A stretch of 63,994 nt of DNA, filler included, from Conidiobolus incongruus B7586 (lineage: Eukaryota), in the NCBI GenBank assembly GCA_000697335.1. It is 44 parts of 44 records of this genome, joined end to end, with 100 filler letters (N's around TTAATTAATTAA, not from the genome) between each part and the next. Parts side by side here need not be neighbours in the genome. Positions count along the whole stretch, not along the records: positions 13,991 to 15,086 come from JNEM01001616.1; positions 15,187 to 16,597 come from JNEM01001619.1; positions 16,698 to 17,897 come from JNEM01001623.1; positions 17,998 to 19,496 come from JNEM01001629.1; positions 19,597 to 20,657 come from JNEM01001630.1; positions 20,758 to 22,236 come from JNEM01001637.1; positions 22,337 to 23,494 come from JNEM01001638.1; positions 23,595 to 24,868 come from JNEM01001645.1; 36 more parts are not named here. The stretch is one strand, 5' to 3'. Under the pieces are notes generated by a model. It did not search any database. It was given only the letters and a program-made list of their open reading frames with translations, and was not told the origin of the DNA. This document shows, piece by piece, positions 13,991 to 28,829 of the stretch; the stretch's first letter is position 1, and each line of letters starts with the position of its first letter. A program made the position numbers and the translations under genes.

Positions 13991-15086
13991 TAAGATTAAA
14001 ATAAAGTTATATCTAAATCTAAACTTTAATATATTAAGATTATAGATAATTATAATAAAAGGTAAATTTATAAATTAATTATTACAAATAAATATAATAT
14101 TATTATAGAAATATATAAAGAATTATAAGACTATATAAGGATATTAGTTAGTATTAATATCATTATACATATTTTATATTATAATAAATACCATTTATAT
14201 CTTAAAAAAAACACCTATAACTAAAAAAGTCCTATTATAAAGCTAGGTGGGATTTTAAATATTGTTTTTAAAATTGAATTAAAATTAATTAGAGTAAGAT
14301 TATTTAGTTTAAAGAAACAAAAATATATCTTAGTAAATCCAATAAAAAAGCTAAATATTTCAAAAAAACAAATAGCTATTTAGTAACCATCATGTTATTT
14401 TAACCTAAAAATATAATAATAAGTTAATTATAGTTTAAAGATATATATTATCTTTTAATATAAGATATCTTTATAAAGTTAATAATGGAATTAATACTAA
14501 GATATATTAAAATATTCTAAATAATAAATTAAAAAAAAACTATTGAATAATATAGGTTAAATAAATTATATATTATTTTCCAATAAGATAATGCCTCTTA
14601 TGATATTATCATTTTTATTACTAAATGGTTTAATAGTAATAAAATCATAGTTATAAGGTGGTTTTCTTAGTTGCTTAACTTTAATCTAATTGAATATCTT
14701 TAGGATAAGTTAAAAAAAGTAATTAAAGCTTTCCTATTAATAAAATATTTAAATAAGCTTTAAAAATATATTTAAAAAGCTTAGAACAAAATTAATTATT
14801 TTTAATATAAGAAGTTAGTTGACTTTATACCTTATAAACTTAAAAAAGTTAGAAAACCAAAAAATAAATATACTATGATTTAATTTTCTTTTTATAACCA
14901 AAATACACAAATATATGATTTATCTTAAATAAAATTTAAATTTTAATATATCAACTCAAAGTTAATATAATTAGATTAAATATATTTAATTATAAATAAA
15001 CAGTATAAGTTTATTCTATATTTTAATTTAAATTAATTAAGAAATAATAAAGTTATTGATAAAAATATATATAATCATAATTTTAT
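13991..15086 (+). mobile_element. Tc1-like relic (more diverged variant)
   Basis: FQ*DNASY at 14578; KWFNSNKIIVIRWFS*LLNFNLIEYL*D (WPPQSPDLNPIEHLWD). Confidence 0.9.
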
Positions 15087-16697
15087 NNNNNNNNNNNNNN
15101 NNNNNNNNNNNNNNNNNNNNNNNNNNNNNNTTAATTAATTAANNNNNNNNNNNNNNNNNNNNNNNNNNNNNNNNNNNNNNNNNNNNAAATTATATATTTT
15201 AATTATTTTAAAAACAAAATCTTTTAATAAATATCAGATTTTTAACCAAATGGCATCCAAAAAAATAATTTGATATTTCTATAAAAAATTTCTGAAATAC
15301 TATCGTTTTTCTAAACCTAGATTTTTAAGTTTAGAATATATTTTGATTGATTATAAAAATCAGAATTATAAATAAATTTAATTATATCATTTAATATCAA
15401 ATATTAGACCAATCATTTTGTGTTAATTTTTGATTCAATAATTACTATTATACAATTAAGCAATTAATGATATTATTTAAAAAATATATATACAAATATT
15501 AAGAGAAATAAAAATTGACAGCTATTTGATTTATCCCTAACTTTTTAATATTATCACTATATTTAATAAATCTAATTTTATATGGTAATGAACTTAATTA
15601 AATATATAGCCATTTTTAAAATATTTAATATAACTATTATTATAATTAGTACTTTGATAGTTATTTACTTAAGAATATTAATATATAGAAATTAAACTAT
15701 ATATTATTAATTTTAAGTAAACTATATTATTTTATAATTTTTTAACTATTGTTTTAATGATAAATTGAAAAATTAGTATAATATAATCTAATCTATTGGT
15801 TTGAATAATTGCACTCTTCAATTTATTTTTATTTTGAAATATATACAAAATGGAATAACTATTGAATCTTGAATAAATTTAATTTAATAAAGCTACTCAC
15901 GCTTATTATTAAGTTTTTTACTTAACCAATTAATAAATGAATATTACTCTCAAGTTTCTTAATAAAATTACCAGTTATTTAATATACTATTAATTTCATT
16001 CAAAATATAATTTTTTACATCATATATAAATTGATCCAATATTAAATAATATGTGTTTTATTTAAGTTTGAACTACTTTCAAAGTATTTTAAATATTCTA
16101 TTATTAATTTATGAATATATAAATTAATTATAAAATAAAACATTACTATTTTTAATTTTATAAGTCAAAATTTATATTTATATATATTGTATATGGTATA
16201 TTAATTTTATTTGCTATAAAACACAATTAATTTAATTTTGCCCATTAATTAACTATATTTTAACTCTATGTATTAAGTATTTTCTATGGGATATTGAATA
16301 AAATATTACATTAATATCATAAACTAAAAGATAATTTAATATTAAATTTTACTTTAATGCTGATATATAATATAAATTTTCAATATATAAATTAAAATTA
16401 TTATCACATATCAATAATTAATTTTTTATCATTTTGTTTTTGAATAGATTTAATAATCATATATATAATTAGTTTTTAAATTAAACTATTAGTCCCTTGG
16501 AATTTTATTTGGATCTTTTGATTAATTTGGTATTTCTAAATATATATATATATATTACAATATATATATTGTAATATTTAAACTTAGAATTAATTAANNN
16601 NNNNNNNNNNNNNNNNNNNNNNNNNNNNNNNNNNNNNNNNNTTAATTAATTAANNNNNNNNNNNNNNNNNNNNNNNNNNNNNNNNNNNNNNNNNNNN

Positions 16698-16894
16698 CTT
16701 AACTAAATTAATTCAAATTAAGATATATAAATAATATATATTAATTAACTATTATAAAATAATTTTAATTATATTTAATATATTATTTGTTAATATATTA
16801 TCATTTAAACTTTTAATAGAGTGGGTTATAAATTTATAGGTTTATAAATAAAAAGGATATATAAGCAAATTATTTAAATTTTTTTATTAAATTA
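16698..16894 (+). mobile_element. Left end (inner repeat and 5' UTR) of a Tc1-like copy, interrupted by a second copy
   Basis: GTGGGTTATAAATTTATAGGTTTATAAATAAAAAGGATAT matches the left-end inner repeat/UTR at 52525-52570 and the reverse complement of 22115-22160. Confidence 0.6.
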
Positions 16895-16896
16895 TA

Positions 16897-17897
16897 TACT
16901 AGCTTCCAAAAATAAGTTATAAAATCAAAAACACTTATATTTTTAATAATAAATTAAATAATATTATACAAAATAAACCTAAATTAAATAATTAAAATCT
17001 ATTAAATTTATTAATTATATATATCATTAAATGATGATATTTAGTTATTAATTGGTAAAAATATAAACCTTTAAATTTTATCTAAAATGAATAATAAATT
17101 TATAAGTTTTTAGGGATAAAAAAATTAAAACCTAATATATCTATCTATAATTTTTTTAACTTCTTTAAATTTGTGGGGTATAGAATCAACTAACTTCTTA
17201 TATTAAAAGAGGTTAATCTTGTTCTATATTTCTTAAATATATTTTTAAAGCTGATTTAAATTTTTTGTTAAAAGGAAAACTTTAATTATTATTTTTAACT
17301 TAAGTTATTTGGTAGTAAAAACTATATTATAATAAAAAACTTTTTTTTACTAGAAAATAACATTAGATTCATTTAACTTTTATTATTCAATTTTTTTTTA
17401 ATTTATTGTTTAGAATATTTAAGTATATTTTAATATTAATTTCCCTATTTGCTTTAGTGAGATATTTTATATTTAAAGATAATATATATTTTTAAATAAT
17501 AATTAACCTATTATTATCCTTTTAGGTGAAATTAACATAATAGTTACAAAGTAGTTTTATATTTTTTGTAAAATATCTAGCTTTTTTATTAAATCTACTA
17601 AAGTATATTTATGTTTTATTAGATTAAATAACCTTATTTTCATTAGTTTTAATTTAATATTAATAGTGATATTTAAACTCCTGTTTAATTTTATAGTGGG
17701 ATTTTTTTAGTTAGGGGTATTTTTATAAGATATAAACAATATCAATATTAATATAAAATATTTATAATAGTATTAATATAAATTAATATTCTTTTATAGT
17801 TTTATAATTCCTGTTATATTTCTATAATAATATTATATTAATTATATTAACTAACCTATAAATATACTTCTTATTATATTTATTAATAATCTTAACA
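16897..17897 (-). mobile_element. Tc1-like relic with right terminus and an internal deletion
   Basis: TA|TACTAGCTTCCAAAAATAAGTTATAAAATC terminus; about 75 bp missing at 17300/17301 relative to 13548-13622. Confidence 0.88.
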
Positions 17898-17997
17898 NNN
17901 NNNNNNNNNNNNNNNNNNNNNNNNNNNNNNNNNNNNNNNNNTTAATTAATTAANNNNNNNNNNNNNNNNNNNNNNNNNNNNNNNNNNNNNNNNNNNN

Positions 17998-19496
17998 AAT
18001 TAATTTTAACCTAATATAAAATTATAACTAATGTTACCAACTAAAAATTTAATATATTAGGAATAGTTAAAAAAATATAATAAATTTTTAAATATAATGT
18101 TAAATGTTTATTCTATTAATTTATTAGCATATTTAATTATTAAGCTGTTTTTTGTATAAGTAATAATAGTTTTAAAATAATAGAAAAAAGATAATATGAT
18201 TAAAATAACCAAAGTTAATTAAAAAATTAATAAGTATATCTATAGAATATCTAGTTAAAATAAACAACAAAGTGATAGTTAAAGATAAAAAATTATAAGA
18301 TAAATTAATTATTAAAATATTTTTAGTTTTTAGTAATTTAATTAGTTAAATCTCTCTAGTATATATAATTTAACTTTTAGAATCATTAGTCTATTAAAAG
18401 TTTTGTAGATTAAATTAAAATTTGTTAATTAATTATAAAAAAAGTAATTTTAAGGCTATATTAATATTATTCAGGTTTAATTTATGATTAGTAAATTAAA
18501 ATTATTAAAAATTAAATAGATATTGTTTTTTGAGAAAACACCTGTTAACTTTATAATTAACTTAAGTTTTTTAACAATGATAGCAACATTTATTAACCTT
18601 TAAATAAGTTTTAACTTCTTCACTAAAAGTTTTCTTAAAAAGTTTTAAAACAGAAATATTTATTATTTAAGATTTAAGAGTGTTAAAGTAAGATTTAAAG
18701 GATTAATTCTTAAGATAGAAAAATTAAGTTATAGAGTAAAAAATATCATCAATTACAATTACTATGTTACAAATATTAAAAAAATATATTATTAAAATAT
18801 TCCTTATTAACTAACTAGAAATTTATTTAAAAATTAAGGTATTATAATAGCTTATAGATTTATTTTTCTTTAGTGATATTTAATATATATATATATATGT
18901 CATTAAATCTCTTAATTAATCAATTTATAGAAGTTTTTTATTTAAGTTAAGAAAGCTTTTCATTTATTAATTAAACTTAATCTTTTAAGTAAAATTTTTC
19001 ATTAAAGATTTTTTCTAACTATTTAAAGGTTTATATTTTTATAATAAGTTATCCCTTTAAAAATTCTTTAGGATTAAGTTTGTAATAATTTAACTACTAA
19101 ATATAAATAAATTTTTCTAAAAAATAATTAATTTAAAAATACTATCTAAATCTTCATCAAAAATTAAATTAAAATAATTTTTCATGTTTTTAAAATAATT
19201 TTTAAATTTTTAAAAATTTTTAAAACTATTATAAATAATTAGTTTATCTTTAAAAACACTAAGTAAGTGATTTAATATGTTAACAATGGTAAAATAACTA
19301 GTTTGTTAGATTTAAACTTTTTAAGTTATTTTTTTCTTAACTAAAAATTATTTAATATAGGCTTTTTAAAGGGTAATAAGTTTTTAAAAATTAAAATCAT
19401 AAATTCACTTAGTAATAAAACTATTATCATTATTAAAATAATATAAGGGTTTTTTTTAGTAGTATTATAATATATAGTATTAAGTTTAAATAAATT
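17998..19496 (-). pseudogene. Ty3/Gypsy gag-protease relic (family C)
   Basis: Minus strand CYHC*KT*VNYKVNRC (CX2CX6HX4C knuckle, 18585-18538) and LINFGYFNHII (LIDSGCSNHII aspartic protease motif, about 18225-18190). Confidence 0.8.
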
Positions 19497-19596
19497 NNNN
19501 NNNNNNNNNNNNNNNNNNNNNNNNNNNNNNNNNNNNNNNNTTAATTAATTAANNNNNNNNNNNNNNNNNNNNNNNNNNNNNNNNNNNNNNNNNNNN

Positions 19597-20657
19597 AAAA
19601 CTTTTATAAGTTTAAAAACTTTTTTAAAAATATAAAGAATTATCTTAATTAAATTTTTAATAAAGATTTAAAAAACATCTTTAAATTAACTATTTTTTTT
19701 ATAAAAATCTATTTATATTTAATAGTTAATATATTATAAGTTTAATTTTGAAGAATTTTTAAGGGGATAATTTATCACAAAAATATAAACTTTTAAATAA
19801 TTAGAAAAAACCTTCAAAGAAAGATATTACTTAAAAAATTAAGTTGAATTAATAAAAGAAAAGCTTTTTTAACTTAAATAAAAAATTTCTACAAAGTAAT
19901 TAATTAAGAAATTTAACAAGATATCCTTAAATATACTAAATATCACTAAAGAAAAATAAATCTATAAGTTATTATAATATTATAATTTTTAAAAAAAGCT
20001 TTAATTAGTTAATAAAAAACATTTTATTAAAATATTTTTTTCTAGTATTAATGATATAATAACTATGATTAATGATAGCTTTTATTTATAGTTAAATTTT
20101 TTTATTTAAAAATTTAATCCTTTAAAACTTATTTTAACTAATTTAAATTTCAAATAATAAATATTTTTATTTTAAGGTTTTATAAGAAAATATTTAATAA
20201 AAAAGTTAAAATATATTTAAAAGTTAATAAAGATTATTATTATTGTTAAAGAGTTTAAGTTAACTATAAAATTGATAAATATTCTTTAAAAAAACAATAT
20301 TAGTTTAATTTTTAATAATATTAGTTTATTAACTATAAATTAAACTTGAACAATATTAATATAGCCTTAAAATTACCTCTTTTATAATTAATTAGCAGAT
20401 TTTAAACTAATCTACAAAAGTTTTAATAAACTAATGATTTTATAAATTAAATTATATATACTAGAGAGATTTAATTTATTAAGCTACTAAAAACTAAAAA
20501 TATTCTAGTAATTAATTTATTTTATAATTTTTTACCTTTAGTATTAATCTTTTGTTTATTTTTATTAGTTACTTTATGAACATATTTATTAGTATTTTAA
20601 TTAACTTTAATTGTTTTAATTATATTATTTTTTTTATTATTTTAATATTATTTTTAT
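19597..20657 (+). pseudogene. Ty3/Gypsy gag-protease relic (family C)
   Basis: TFK*LEKTFKERYYLKN*VELIKEKLF*LK* (retrotransposon gag core); zinc-knuckle remnant near 20235; LINFNCFNYII protease remnant near 20600. Confidence 0.8.
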
Positions 20658-20779
20658 NNNNNNNNNNNNNNNNNNNNNNNNNNNNNNNNNNNNNNNNNNN
20701 NTTAATTAATTAANNNNNNNNNNNNNNNNNNNNNNNNNNNNNNNNNNNNNNNNNNNNTAAATAAATTATATAAAATATA

Positions 20780-22236
20780 TACTAACTTGCAAAAGTAAGT
20801 TATAAAATCAAAAATACTTATATTTTTACTAATAACTGAATCAAAATTTAATGTAATAAACTTATATTAAATAATTAAAATCTATTATATTTATCAAAAA
20901 TATATATCATTAAATAATGAAATTTAGTTATTAATTAATTAAAATATAAATCTTTAAATTTTATTTAAAATAAGTTATAAATTTATAAATTTTTGATGAT
21001 AAAAAAATTAAAAACTTAGTGTATTTATTTTTAACTTTTCTAACTTCTTTAAGTTTATAGGGTATAAAATCAATTAACTTTTTATATTAAAGAAGGTTAA
21101 TTTTATTCTATGCTTCTTAAATATATTCCCAAATCTAATTTAAATTTTTTATTAGGGGAAAGTTTTAATAGCTTTGTTTAATTAATTTTAAAAGTATTTA
21201 ATTAGGTTAAAGTTAGAAATTTAAAAAAACTATTTTATAACTATTATTTTATTATTTTTAAGCTATTTGGTAATAAAAGTTATAATATAACAAAAGATAT
21301 TATCTTATTAGAAAATAATATTAAATTTATTTTACTTTTATTATTCAATAGTTTTTTTAATTTATTATTTAAAATATTTTAATATATTTTAATATTTTTT
21401 TCCTTATTAATTTTATAAAGATATTTTATACTTAAAGATAACATATATCTTTAAACAATAATTAACCTACTATTGTATTTTTAAATAAAATTAATATAAT
21501 AGTTATAAAATAGTTTTATATTTCTTCTAAAGTATTTAACTTTTTTAATAATTTTATTAAGATATATTTTTATTTTATTAAATTAAATAGCTTTACTCTA
21601 ATTAATTTTAATTTAATATTAATAGTAACAATTAAATTCTTATTTAGCTTTATAATAGGATTTCTTTAATTAAGGGTATTTTTTCTTAAAATGTAAGTAA
21701 TATTAATATTAATAAAAAGTATATATAATAGTATTAATACTAACTAATATACTTATATAATCTTATAGTTCTTATTATATTTTTATAATAGTATTATATT
21801 TATTTATATTAATTAACTTATAAATATACTTTTTATTGTATTTATTTATAATCTTAATATACCTAAGTTTAGGTTTAAATATATTTTTATTATTATTTTT
21901 AATAACCTTAATTATAATAAACTAGCTAACATTAGTAATTCTAGTAACATTATAAGTTGATTTATTTTTTTATAAAGTTAATTGATATATAAATGAGTTT
22001 TTTTAAAGAGGGATTTAGGTATAAAAATATTATTAAAGAGAATTTAATATATCTATAAAATATTATACAAAATAATAACAAAGAGACAAAAAAAATATGG
22101 TTATATATTGTTAAATATATCCTTTTATTTTAAAAACCAACAAATTTATGACTTTTTTTGGTTAAATATTAAAAGTTAATATTTTTGCTAATAGTTTACT
22201 AAATATATATAAATATATTTATTTAATAACAAATAA
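20780..22236 (-). mobile_element. Nearly full-length Tc1-like relic (transposase about 22022->21008)
   Basis: Right terminus TA|TACTAACTTGCAAAAG, the whole transposase frame and the left inner repeat are present. Confidence 0.9.
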
Positions 22237-22983
22237 NNNNNNNNNNNNNNNNNNNNNNNNNNNNNNNNNNNNNNNNNNNNTTAATTAATTAANNNNNNNN
22301 NNNNNNNNNNNNNNNNNNNNNNNNNNNNNNNNNNNNAATTAATATATTATTTAAATTAAGAAGTATAATTGAATAAAAGTAATATATTAAGCTTAAATTA
22401 ATACTTTTATTAAAGTTAATTGATTTAATTAATCAAAACAAATATTGATATTTATAATCATATTATATTCAAAATATTAATTAGTTCATTTTTTAATATA
22501 ATTTTATCTAACCAAATAAAATAAAAAATATAATTAATTCAATTAAAAATTTGATTAATTTTGAAATAAAAAGAATTTATTAAATATTTTATAACGCTAA
22601 TATTAATTATTAATATACAAAACTAAAAAACTTAAAATATTAATTTTTTTAAATAATAATAATAATATTATATTAATTATTGGTATTAAAACTAATTTAT
22701 AAACACATATAATAATAAACTCTTAAATCTTTTATCAGATTAAGTTTTCAAATATAAATATATAAAATATTTATATAAAAGTTGATAATAATTGATGCTA
22801 ATATAATCTTATTATTTAATTCACTAGAATTTAAAAATTATCGATTTTTTTATTATTGATAAATAAAGCCTAAAATATTAATATTCTTATTATTTATCTA
22901 TTAAACATATATTTCAACTTATATTTAAATAATAATTTTAACTTTAATATATTTAAAATAATAATATAATATTAATTCAATAA

Positions 22984-23383
22984 TGTAAGTATAGAGGTAG
23001 AATCACTGATATAGTGCAGAGGAAGACTTAATATAAAAGTAATATGGCACAAAACGTGGTGAGGTAGTGTGGAATATAGTGTGCAAATATAAACAAAGTT
23101 TAATTAAGCTTTGCACTGAGATGAGTCATTGATATATTAAGATTTATATTAGGTAGTGCCAATTCACTATAATATTAATAAAATATAGTCTTAAGCTTAG
23201 AAGTAGTATAAAAATAAGAAATAGTAAGAATTGAGAGGAAAAAAAAGAATCTAGTTTATTAGATAATTCAATGTTATTTATATATTTAATTTAGTTATAA
23301 AGGTATAAATTAATCAAATAGTTTATAGTTAATTGAATTATATAGAAATATATATAAAAATTTAAAGAACTAGTTTTTTAACA
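22984..23383 (-). repeat. Solo LTR (family D), 400 bp, TG...CA, 5-bp TSD AATAA
   Basis: TGTAAG...TTAACA with AATAA at 22979-22983 and 23384-23388; least mutated family D copy. Confidence 0.9.
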
Positions 23384-23799
23384 AATAATCTAATATAATA
23401 TAATATATAATATTATCTAATTTATAAATATATTATTTTAGAGTTTAAATAATAAGATTTTAATAAAGTTGTAAATAAATAAAATATTAAATTANNNNNN
23501 NNNNNNNNNNNNNNNNNNNNNNNNNNNNNNNNNNNNNNTTAATTAATTAANNNNNNNNNNNNNNNNNNNNNNNNNNNNNNNNNNNNNNNNNNNNTTATAT
23601 ATTTTATATTAAATTTAAAAAAATAAATAAATTAAAATAATATAAACTTACCTATAGTGAATTTTTAACAAAAAAATATAATCAAACTAATTACTAAAGC
23701 TAATTCAACATTAATTCTTATATTTTAATTTCCGTTGAAAATAACCTTATTAATGAATTATATTAAATAATAAATTAAATAATATAGATAAAAACAATA

Positions 23800-24868
23800 A
23801 AAAACCTAATAATAAAAACTTACACTTATGTGTTAATAGCCTTATACTTAAATTTACTAAATAATTTTAAAATAAATTACTTAATAAAATACCCCTTTAA
23901 TATCTAATTGATATTAAATTAAAACTCTACCCAAATATAAAATTAAATAATTATATTATTTATATAGTATTTATTATTAAAATAAAAGCTTTTTAAGAAA
24001 TCTTAGAAAAATTAAAGAAGAGAGGATAAATCTATAAATATGATGTTTTATTCATCGCATCTAAATTTATTATTAAAAAGCAAACTTCTGGTTACTAACT
24101 TTTAGTAAATATATAAAAACTAAACAACATTATTAAAAACTATTTTTGGCTATTATTAAATATTTATTTTTTTTATGATATATATAAAAAATATTTAATC
24201 TTTTTAATATTTAATATAGTTAACAAATATCAATAATGTTATATTGATCTTAAATTTAAAATCTTTATTATATCTTATTATCCCTTTAGTATTTTTAATT
24301 AAAGAACTTCTTTATAAGAATATAAAGTATTTTTTCTAATATTTAATATGATAATATAATTAATATTCAAAGAAATATCTTTTGTTTATATTTACCTAGA
24401 TAATTTACTAATATATTTAAAAAATAAAGATTAACATAAATACTATCTTTAATTAGTATTTTAATATCATCAAAAAAGATATTTCTATATTAATAAAGAA
24501 AAAAAATTTTTTTAAATTATTTTAAATATCTTACTATATTATATTAAGAAAACAGATTTATATTAACTTTAACAAAATAATAGCAATTATAAATTAGCTA
24601 ATTCTTATAAATATTACATAAATGAAATAACTTCTAAGTATTTTTAAATATTATTATTAATTTGTTTTTAATTTTGCTAAAACTATAACCTTGTTAAGTT
24701 AACTTATAAGTAAGAAAATTAAATTTTACTAATTTAAAAATTATTAAATAATTTTAAAATAATTAAAAAAACTTTTGTATTCAATCTTAATTTTTTACCC
24801 ATTTAACCTTAATCTAAATACTTATTTTATAATAAATACTAGTAATTTTACTATAAGTGTTATACTTA
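23800..24868 (+). pseudogene. Ty3/Gypsy reverse transcriptase and start of RNase H, degenerate
   Basis: IIKKQTSGY*LLVNI*KLN (KK..G.YR..VD.R.LN), FVYIYLDNLLIY (YLDD at 24393-24404), IL*INTSNFTISVIL (TDASDFAIGAVL) at the contig end. Confidence 0.88.
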
Positions 24869-24968
24869 NNNNNNNNNNNNNNNNNNNNNNNNNNNNNNNN
24901 NNNNNNNNNNNNTTAATTAATTAANNNNNNNNNNNNNNNNNNNNNNNNNNNNNNNNNNNNNNNNNNNN

Positions 24969-26097
24969 AAATAAATATATAATATAAATTTAATAGTTTT
25001 TTTATTATTAATAACTTTTTGCTATACTTTTAACAAAGATCTAACATTTAAAAAACAGTTTTTTTTATTAAAGCCTAAAATTTGATATTTCACAAACTAG
25101 TTAAATTTTCTTATAAAAATTTTCTTTCCTATAAGCTGGTTTTTTAATTACCTAAAGTAGTTATAATCACATAAGTTATAATCAAAAGAATATACTAGAT
25201 ATAATAGTTTTTTCTAGTTATTTTTTATTAGAAAGTGCTTTATAGCTTTAGATTTATGAATTTTACAATTATTATATAAAATAATAAATCTTCTCAAATT
25301 ATATTGAGAACATTAATTAAAAATACTTTTATTTAAAAAAATAATATAAAATTTACTATTAGTTGATTTTCTTTCAGGAACTAAATAAGAGTAGTATATA
25401 TTATTATAATCTATTATAATAATTAATATTTGCTTATTAACAAAATATTTATTTAAAGGGATTTATAGAGGGGGTTAATTTAACTTAATCTAGCATTTTG
25501 ATTTGTATTTTAATAAAAGATTATACATAAGGATTTAAGATTCATTAATTGTAATTATTTGCTGTAAAAGCTTAAGCTTCTAGTAATATTTTAGTAAGTT
25601 TTATTTAATAATAGCTACTCTAGCTTTTTTTAAGTTTTAGTTAAATTATAAGTTATTTATTTTATATTTTTATTTATTAATTTGAGTTTAAACTTTAATA
25701 TATATATAAAATACTTATAAAATTAATATTAAAGTTTTTAGATAATTTTCTAGCTAAAATAAAAAGGTGCTTTTCAATATATTTTTTCACTCTATTAATA
25801 ATTAAAAAAGTAACAGTTAAAGTTAATTTTTTAGATTTTAACAGGTTTTAGATAGTTTCTCTCTTAGCTTTAAAATAATTTACCTAGTAATAAATTGTTA
25901 ATTTAGATAATATTTTATTATTAAAAGCTGTTTATAAATTTTAAATAATTTTAAAGGGTTTATAGTTAAGTTTTACTAATATTAAAATAAAAGACTTTTG
26001 ATAATCACCATTTAGTTTAAGTATAATTAATTTAAACAACCAATTTTAAAAAGTTAATTTTTTAATTAAAAATTTATTATATATATATATATATATA
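24969..26097 (-). mobile_element. Mariner relic, whole transposase region
   Basis: YNLCDYN (third catalytic D) near 25160-25180; collinear with 50433-51835; ends in the (TA)n tract. Confidence 0.9.
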
Positions 26098-26349
26098 NNN
26101 NNNNNNNNNNNNNNNNNNNNNNNNNNNNNNNNNNNNNNNNNTTAATTAATTAANNNNNNNNNNNNNNNNNNNNNNNNNNNNNNNNNNNNNNNNNNNNTAG
26201 CTTAATAAATTTTTTTTCTTTTATTAATAATTATTAAGTTAAAACTTACTAGATCTATATAATTATAATAAAATAGTAAATATATAAGATTTTTTAACAA
26301 AGTATTTATAATATTATATAAATAATTTATAAGATATTAAAAAATTAAG

Positions 26350-27080
26350 GTTAGATAATTTGAATCTATTTAACCTATTTTCTTAATAAATTTTTTTGAG
26401 TGTTTAAGTAAATAAATAAATGATAATTTATAAAAATTAAGAAAAAATTCCCAAAATAAGAAATTTAGTGATTTTTAATTATTTTTACTATAGTACAGAG
26501 TTTTTATATATAATCTAGATATTTTAATTTATCTAGTTTTATTTATCTTGATTTGAATATTATAAATTTGAAAGTAATATTTAATAAAGTTAAACTTAAC
26601 TTATTCTCCCTAATTAACTATTTTATTTTATATTTAAAAAATAAAATATAAATTAAATTTAAACTAAATTAACTAACTATTAATTATAAAAAAACTAAAA
26701 ATAATAAAGATAATGGTAAGTAGTTTTAAATCAAAAATAAATAAGATAAATACAAAAATTATATAGAAAATTAAAATATTTAAATAATAAAATATTAAAG
26801 AGGGTTTTAAAAAAATATTTTTTTAGGAGAATAATAGAAAAGATATAAATACAATTAAAAAATCAATAAAATTTCAAAAATAATTTAATAAAATATATAT
26901 CAGTATAAATTAATATCTGTTTATAATATAATAATAACTTTAACATTATTTAATTTAATTAAATCAAAGTTAATTTTTTTGGAAAAAATAATATAACTAT
27001 AAAATATAATAAAAGAAACATTAAAGTAATATTTTCTTAGTTTTCAAAGTAGTTTATATTTTAAATAATTTATAAAATTT
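26350..27080 (+). repeat. Unidentified repeat family E, copy 1
   Basis: Collinear anchors shared with 28830-29550: TAGTTTTATTT, TAAAATATAAATTA, TTAAATCAAAGTTAATTTTTT. Confidence 0.5.
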
Positions 27081-28829
27081 AATTAAAATATTAAATATAT
27101 TTTTCTTTGATTTTAAATAAATCAATATATTATTAAGATTAGTAATAATAAAATTATTAAAGATAAAATTAAAAAAGGAATTGATAAATTAAGTGAAAAT
27201 TATAAAGGAATTATACAATCAAAAGTTTATAATGGTTAATCTATCATAGTTTATCAAAAAATTAAAAATATTACAAAAAATAGAANNNNNNNNNNNNNNN
27301 NNNNNNNNNNNNNNNNNNNNNNNNNNNNNTTAATTAATTAANNNNNNNNNNNNNNNNNNNNNNNNNNNNNNNNNNNNNNNNNNNNTTATATTCTAAAAAT
27401 AATATTTGTTGTTATAATCATATGCTATATTAACTATTAGATGATTTATTTTAATAACTAAAATTTATATTATTAATAATTATTTATATTACAAATCATT
27501 AAATTAAATATTTTAAATTTTTATATATAATTTTATGATTATTGATTATATAGAATTAATTGTTTGGAGAATTTATGTTTAATAAAATTAAAAAAATAGT
27601 CTTATTTCCATTTCACTCTAAACTAGATTATATATAATATTATATGGTTTTTTATTTATATTGAACCTTTTAATTAAAGGTTTGAGATTTATATTAAAAA
27701 AAACTAATTATAATTATAGAATTTTGATAGTAAATATAATTTTTCATATTATTAATATTTTTGGTGAATATTATTTATAGTTATTTAAACCCATAGTTAA
27801 TTTATAATTATTTGACCTGAATAGTTAAATAAATCTAAAGAGAAGAAATGAAGGAATTTAAATACATTTGGTATTTTAAAATTAATTAATTATAAAAAAA
27901 TATTTAATTTGAAAAAAGCTAAAAAGCAAATAAACTTGCGATTTCGTTATAAAATTTTATTTTTATCATTTAATAAGATTAAATTATACTCTTTAGTTAT
28001 TATATATATCATTTTTTTTAATTAAGATATATTAAAATTTTGGATTAAAATTTCATACTATGAAATTTTTAAATTTGAATATTAAAACCATTTTATTATG
28101 AAAGAGGTAGTTTAATATTAAGATATAATTAATATTAAGTATAAAGTAAATCTGATATTTAAGAAACAATAGGTAGCTTTGATAATATATATAAAGATAT
28201 AAATAACAGGTTTATTATTTGAATTAATAAAAATGACTTTATTATGTTAAATTATTTTTAATATTTGTTTTATGAATTTTTTATAATTTTATATATTTTC
28301 TATTATTTAATTATAAAAACTATAAAAAAATATTTTAATATTATTTTATTAATTATCTATCTTTAAAAAAATATCTGACAAGGTTTTTTAGTTTTTTTTT
28401 AATAGATATNNNNNNNNNNNNNNNNNNNNNNNNNNNNNNNNNNNNNNNNNNNNTTAATTAATTAANNNNNNNNNNNNNNNNNNNNNNNNNNNNNNNNNNN
28501 NNNNNNNNNTTTTAATTTTTATTTTATATCATATGGATATTAGAAATATTTAAGTCAATATCATTATTTGATTAATTATGAATAATTATAAATACTTAAA
28601 ACAATTTAAACAGTTTTTCATAGTATATGTTGCTCAAATTTATTTTAAAAATTAATAATTTTTTCGTAATATTTCATTAAATAATATTATATATTCTTTA
28701 TTTTTTAATTAATAATTATTAAATTAATATTATTTGGATTATTATAATTAAAACAAATCTTTAAATATACATGGTTTTTTAAAAAATATCTATATAAAAT
28801 TTTATCAATCTCAATAATTTTTAGATAAA

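Noticed and set aside
16552..16577. 26-bp perfect palindrome ATATTACAATATATATATTGTAATAT
   Set aside because: Mostly a (TA)n core in very AT-rich DNA near a contig end; single occurrence with no supporting context.
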